Part shown: positions 61,674 through 64,000 of the stretch, one piece after another
How positions within the stretch are numbered: position 1 is the first letter of the stretch
Layout: each line of letters begins with the position of its first letter
Source of the DNA: Podarcis filfolensis
Lineage: Eukaryota
DNA: 64,000 bases
Assembly (NCBI GenBank): GCA_964270895.1
Contig: OZ185444.1
Direction: 5' to 3' (one strand)
Translations under genes and position numbers: made by a program
Notes under the pieces: generated by a model
What the model saw: the letters and a program-made list of their open reading frames with translations, nothing else
Told to the model about the DNA's origin: nothing
The model's database searches: none

Positions 61674-61949
61674 CAACCTGGGACATTCCATTCCTATGGG
61701 TTTGCACTGAGTTTTGTTGTTGACGCCTCTCATACAAAATATCAGAGCAATGTACCAACAACATTACAAAACAGACAAAATACCAATAAAAACACGATAG
61801 ATTCCAAAAAAATCTACCTCCTTTTCGAAATGAGTACGATTCCCCACCCCACCCCACCCCCTGCTCCGAGTGGGACAAAAAACAACAACATTTTGCGCGC
61901 GCAAAATTTGCATTAATAGATCATTCAGGTGTTGTAAATCTGACTAAGT

Positions 61950-62680
61950 AATGAGAACGGAGAGAAAACAGTCCACGCCCCACTTTCAGGACGAGGTTCG
62001 GTCTGCCAGAGCTCACCCTTCGGTCTTCCTGCGGGGAGAACTACAAGCCCCATGATGCAACGCGGCCTCTCCTGCCTTCCCGTATTGCCGCTCCGCAGGC
62101 GAAGGGCGGGGTCGAGGAACGGCAAGTCGGGAATCGCTTCCGGTGCGAGGGGTCGCGAGGGGTTCCCTGCCTGAGAAGCTGCTTTTCTCCCCAGTGAGGT
62201 CCCTTTTGGCGCCTGCGAGTGGCTTGAGGATGGATGAGGACGGGCTGCCCCTCGTAGGCTCCGGCATCGACCTGACCAAGGTACAGGCGGCGCCAGGTTG
62301 CTGGCGTTGCTCCTTGAGGCCGGCGCCAGGTCCCCAGGGAGCGAAGGAGGCAACTTCCCCCTGGAGGATTCTCTCCCCCCCCCCTCGCCATCTCTTAAAA
62401 AGAGAAGCTGACAAGCTCTGTGAATCGGGGCTGCTGCTTTTGCCCTTGCAGGGCTCCTCCTGGACCTCTGGCGGGCAGAAGTTCGCCAGGAGAAGCTGCG
62501 CTCCTTCGCCTGTGGTGTCGTGTTTTTATTAAAGATGGGGAGGTGGGAGCGCGGGTAGGGCAACCTCTAAGGAAGCACAAGTCTATGGAGGCTGAGGGTG
62601 AGAGAAGAGGGCGGTTGCGAGGAACTGGGGGGCGGAGGGTGTCCTCACGGGAGTCAAAAGTGGCTTAGCTTCCTCTGCCA
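61950..62680. promoter_or_regulatory. CpG island / WASHC3 promoter
   Basis: CpG-rich segment around exon 1 with an ETS core CTTCCGG near 62138-62144. Confidence 0.8.
62230..62280 (+). CDS. WASHC3: WASH complex subunit 3 (CCDC53), first coding exon. No further exon recognised in the window.
   Basis: ATG at 62230 encodes MDEDGLPLVGSGIDLTK followed by the donor GTACAG. This matches the recalled vertebrate N-terminus MDEDGLPLMGSGIDLTK and the known synteny next to NUP37. Confidence 0.92.
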
Positions 62681-63329
62681 TTCGTCTCCTCTGGGAAACA
62701 GTTGAGTGAAAAAACAATCCAGTCTGGGCCTCCTTCGTGGAAGTTACAAGAGGCTTGCATAGCAAACATATATTCTGTTCCCTTATATGCCAGTTTGTTA
62801 ACAGGTAGTAGCAACCACTGGTCATCTGACCCACCCTGAGTAGCCAAGTCTTGAAGGTTTCCAAAACATCTTGAACAAAGAGCATTTTTTGGTCCTTGAT
62901 CATCAAGCATCCCTCTGAATTGTTTGCTCTTCCATGCCCTACTTTCCTCCATCCATAAGATTGCCTTTTTAAACCATGTCCCTTTTTTTTCATTTTTAAC
63001 TCATTTGACCAGGCCTTCCTGCACTGTAGTCAATTTTGGAGGTTGTTTTTTCCCCCTTCTGGCTCTGATTCACTCGTGAGTGCAATTGTTCTGGAGCAGG
63101 CTTGATAACCCATGTAGCATATTGGAACTTGCTCAGTCCCAATTCTCCTGGGGAAACTTAAATAGCTACACTGCAATACTTATTTGGAAAATAAGGCAAA
63201 ACAAATTAATGGGTCCGGAAGGTTGCAGGAGCAGCATGAGCTGAATTTCTCAATGTGTGCTTGCAACTCATCCAACCCTAATGTAATGCAAGTTTGATTC
63301 CATAAATCATTGACTTCCAAGCTGTGTTC

Positions 63330-63520
63330 TGGAAAATCCAAAATGTGTTGTTGGACCAGGACCAGGGAGACCCAGGTTAAAATCCCCACCAGCCATTAAG
63401 TTCCTTGGGTGATCTTGAGCCAGTCACTCTCTCAATCTAAACGTCATCACAATGTTGTTCTGAGGATGAAATGGGTGGTGATGGTTGCATGCTATTCTGC
63501 ATGCCAAAATGTAATAAACC
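63330..63520 (+). mobile_element. MIR/Ther1-like SINE in WASHC3 intron 1
   Basis: GGACCAGG...GGAGACCCAGGTTAAAATCCCC...GGGTGATCTTGAGCCAGTCACTCTCTC core. Confidence 0.6.
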
Positions 63521-64000
63521 CTTGCCTCAGATACTGCATGAAATCAATAATGGCAGATAAAGTTCCCTGGCAGACAGTTTGTCAGATCTGCCAATCTTCT
63601 TTTGCAGTATGCCAGTGCTCTGCATGAACCTGTTGTATTCCCCTAAAACAGGTCTTGTATTCTACTACAGCAGACACCCCAGTAGCACTTCCTTGGCAGA
63701 TGACAAGCCAGTGGTTCCTTGAAAGCAGGAAGCTTCAAAATCACAAGGGAGTAAATTTAGTGAAATATAATCCAATGACAGTAGCAAGCAGGTGCTGCAG
63801 GTAAAATGGGGAGAACTCTGCAACACTCCATAAGAAAATCCACTGTTAGATTTCTGCTGTGGCAACACATTGCACTTTGATCATGTATGCAGGATCCAGT
63901 AGTTCCTAGGATGACATTTTTCCATGCCAGACACCATACTGGAAGATGCATGATACTTAAAAAAAAGAAATGCCACACTTACTGGAAAGATAAATTCCTT

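Noticed and set aside
62143-62532. 129-aa ORF reading through WASHC3 exon 1 into the intron, and overlapping minus-strand ORFs up to 212 aa
   Set aside because: Similarity ends exactly at the GT donor after DLTK. The rest is stop-poor CpG-island sequence.

Overview
Vertebrate nuclear DNA, most likely from a lacertid lizard (inferred from Sauria SINEs, a Squam3-like SINE, BovB and reptile-type L2/CR1/Penelope fragments). The window holds the conserved block PMCH(+) / PARPBP(-) / NUP37(+) / WASHC3(+, first exon only). I reconstructed complete GT-AG spliced, frame-consistent CDSs by hand for PMCH (3 exons, 166 aa), PARPBP (10 coding exons, 582 aa) and NUP37 (9 coding exons, 326 aa). Protein identities come from my recall of the vertebrate orthologues, not from a database search. 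PARPBP and NUP37 share a bidirectional CpG-island promoter. PMCH and PARPBP converge tail-to-tail with only 334 bp between their stop codons, and their transcripts probably overlap antisense. Introns and intergenic DNA are rich in TA-flanked Tc1/mariner and Tc2-type MITEs, hAT MITEs, SINEs and LINE fragments, plus a decayed DIRS-like retrotransposon. Most ORFs in the supplied track are spurious. I found no convincing novel biological system. The findings are modest: the antisense overlap, MITEs carrying promoter-like or hairpin cargo, a junction-spanning uORF, and nested insertions.
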